A DNA stretch of 64,000 nucleotides, from contig DAOOOX010000016.1 of the NCBI GenBank assembly GCA_035387945.1, positions 25,918-89,917 on the forward strand, read 5' to 3'. Origin of the DNA: Verrucomicrobiia bacterium. GTDB lineage: Bacteria; Verrucomicrobiota; Verrucomicrobiia; JADLBR01. Under the pieces are notes generated by a model that made no database searches, was not told the DNA's origin, and saw only the letters and a program-made list of their open reading frames with translations. This document shows, one piece after another, positions 63,158-64,000 of this stretch (its first letter is position 1; each line of letters begins with the position of its first letter). The translations under genes and the position numbers were made by a program.

Positions 63158-64000
63158 ATGGGCTGGTTGAGTCGAGCGGGCCGCGCTCTGGAGCTAATCA
63201 AATTCTCGCACACGGTGTTTGCGATGCCATTCGCATTGGCGGCGATGCTGGTGGCGGCGGGGGGGCTTCCGGCTTGGCGCGTGCTGGGCCTGATCCTGTG
63301 GTGTCTGGTGACGGCGCGGACGGCGGCCATGGCGTTCAACCGGTATGTCGATTGGGACTACGACCGGGCCAATCCGAGGACGGCGGGACGGCAGCACCTG
63401 GCGACCCGGCGGCTGGCGCTGGGGCTGACCTGGGTGGCGCTGCTTGGGTTCATCGCGGGCACGTGGTTTCTGAACGTGCTGTGTTTCATGCTGGCGCCGC
63501 TGGCGATGATAATGATTCTGTCGTATAGCCTGACCAAGCGATTCACGTCGTTCACGCACTTTTTCTTGGGGTTGGCGCTAGCGGCTGCGCCGATGGGCGC
63601 GTGGGCGGCGGTGACCGGTGACCTCCGCGCATGGCCGCCGTGGGTGCTGGCGTTCGCGGTGCTCTCCTGGGTCTTCGGATTTGATCTGATCTATTCCACC
63701 ATGGACGTGGAATTCGATAGGTGCGCGGGGCTGTCCTCCTTCCCGTCACGCTTCGGCATTCCGGCGGCACTTCGGCTCGCGGGCGCCTTGCACCTGCTGG
63801 CGTGGCTGGGGCTTGGGGCGTTCGGCCTGGCGTGCGGCTTCGGCTGGCGATACGCGATCGGCTGGGCGCTGGTCGCAGCGGCGCTGATATTTGAGCATGG
63901 GCTCGCGCGGACCGGTGACGTGGCGCGGGTCAACACCGCATTCTTTCAGGCAAACGCCTTTGTCGGGATAGTCGTGCTCGGCGCCGTGGCGGCGGAGGTA
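63158..64000 (+). CDS. UbiA family polyprenyltransferase (4-hydroxybenzoate/MqnP-like), 3' end beyond window
   Basis: An open frame from ATG 63158 to the window end (281 codons, no stop, so absent from the track). It reads MGWLSRAGRALELIKFSHTVFAMPFALAAM...TAAMAFNRYVDWDYDRANPRTAGR (the NxxxDxxxD motif)...FGFDLIYSTMDVEFDR (second Asp-rich motif). Confidence 0.85.
   Translation, partial: MGWLSRAGRALELIKFSHTVFAMPFALAAMLVAAGGLPAWRVLGLILWCLVTARTAAMAFNRYVDWDYDRANPRTAGRQHLATRRLALGLTWVALLGFIAGTWFLNVLCFMLAPLAMIMILSYSLTKRFTSFTHFFLGLALAAAPMGAWAAVTGDLRAWPPWVLAFAVLSWVFGFDLIYSTMDVEFDRCAGLSSFPSRFGIPAALRLAGALHLLAWLGLGAFGLACGFGWRYAIGWALVAAALIFEHGLARTGDVARVNTAFFQANAFVGIVVLGAVAAEV

Overview
High-GC bacterial chromosome segment. 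The gene content (GH95, DUF4855, PQQ-like propellers, exosortase/EpsI) and the style of the intergenic repeats suggest Verrucomicrobiota or another PVC lineage, but this cannot be proven from sequence alone. No rRNA, tRNA, CRISPR, prophage or recognisable defence genes were seen. Layout: (1) 1-11.2 kb holds a glycan-utilisation and envelope mix: partial pseudouridine synthase, URO-D-like protein, GH95, two PQQ-like beta-propeller proteins and a LemA pair. (2) 11.3-11.9 kb holds a REP-associated tyrosine transposase (RAYT) bracketed by inverted GTAGG-headed hairpins. (3) 12.0-23.3 kb holds a tightly coupled nuo operon, nuoABCD-HIJK-[extra antiporter-like subunit]-[86-aa membrane ORF]-LMN, with no nuoEFG. 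(4) 23.9-33.4 kb holds a tandem Deg-like protease pair (one catalytically dead), a DUF4855/discoidin protein, TauE, GT9, an amidohydrolase and an FmdB zinc ribbon. (5) 33.6-50.6 kb holds an exopolysaccharide locus: glf, a kinase/nucleotidyltransferase fusion, small HAD phosphatase, methyltransferase, several glycosyltransferases, flippase, Wzy-like polymerase, a glycosyltransferase remnant, exosortase and EpsI. (6) 50.6-64 kb holds two unknown secreted proteins, a fused 2-oxoacid:ferredoxin oxidoreductase, nadB, a yqjD/E/K-like triad and a partial UbiA prenyltransferase. The most unusual signals are non-coding or architectural: a four-copy two-armed REP doublet (REPIN-like) sharing its GTAGG head with the hairpins around the RAYT gene; a two-copy ~230-nt structured element with compensatory stem changes; the four-antiporter, N-module-less complex I; and an EpsI gene separated from its exosortase and co-transcribed with an unknown secreted protein. 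All family assignments come from motif recognition by eye. No database search was run.
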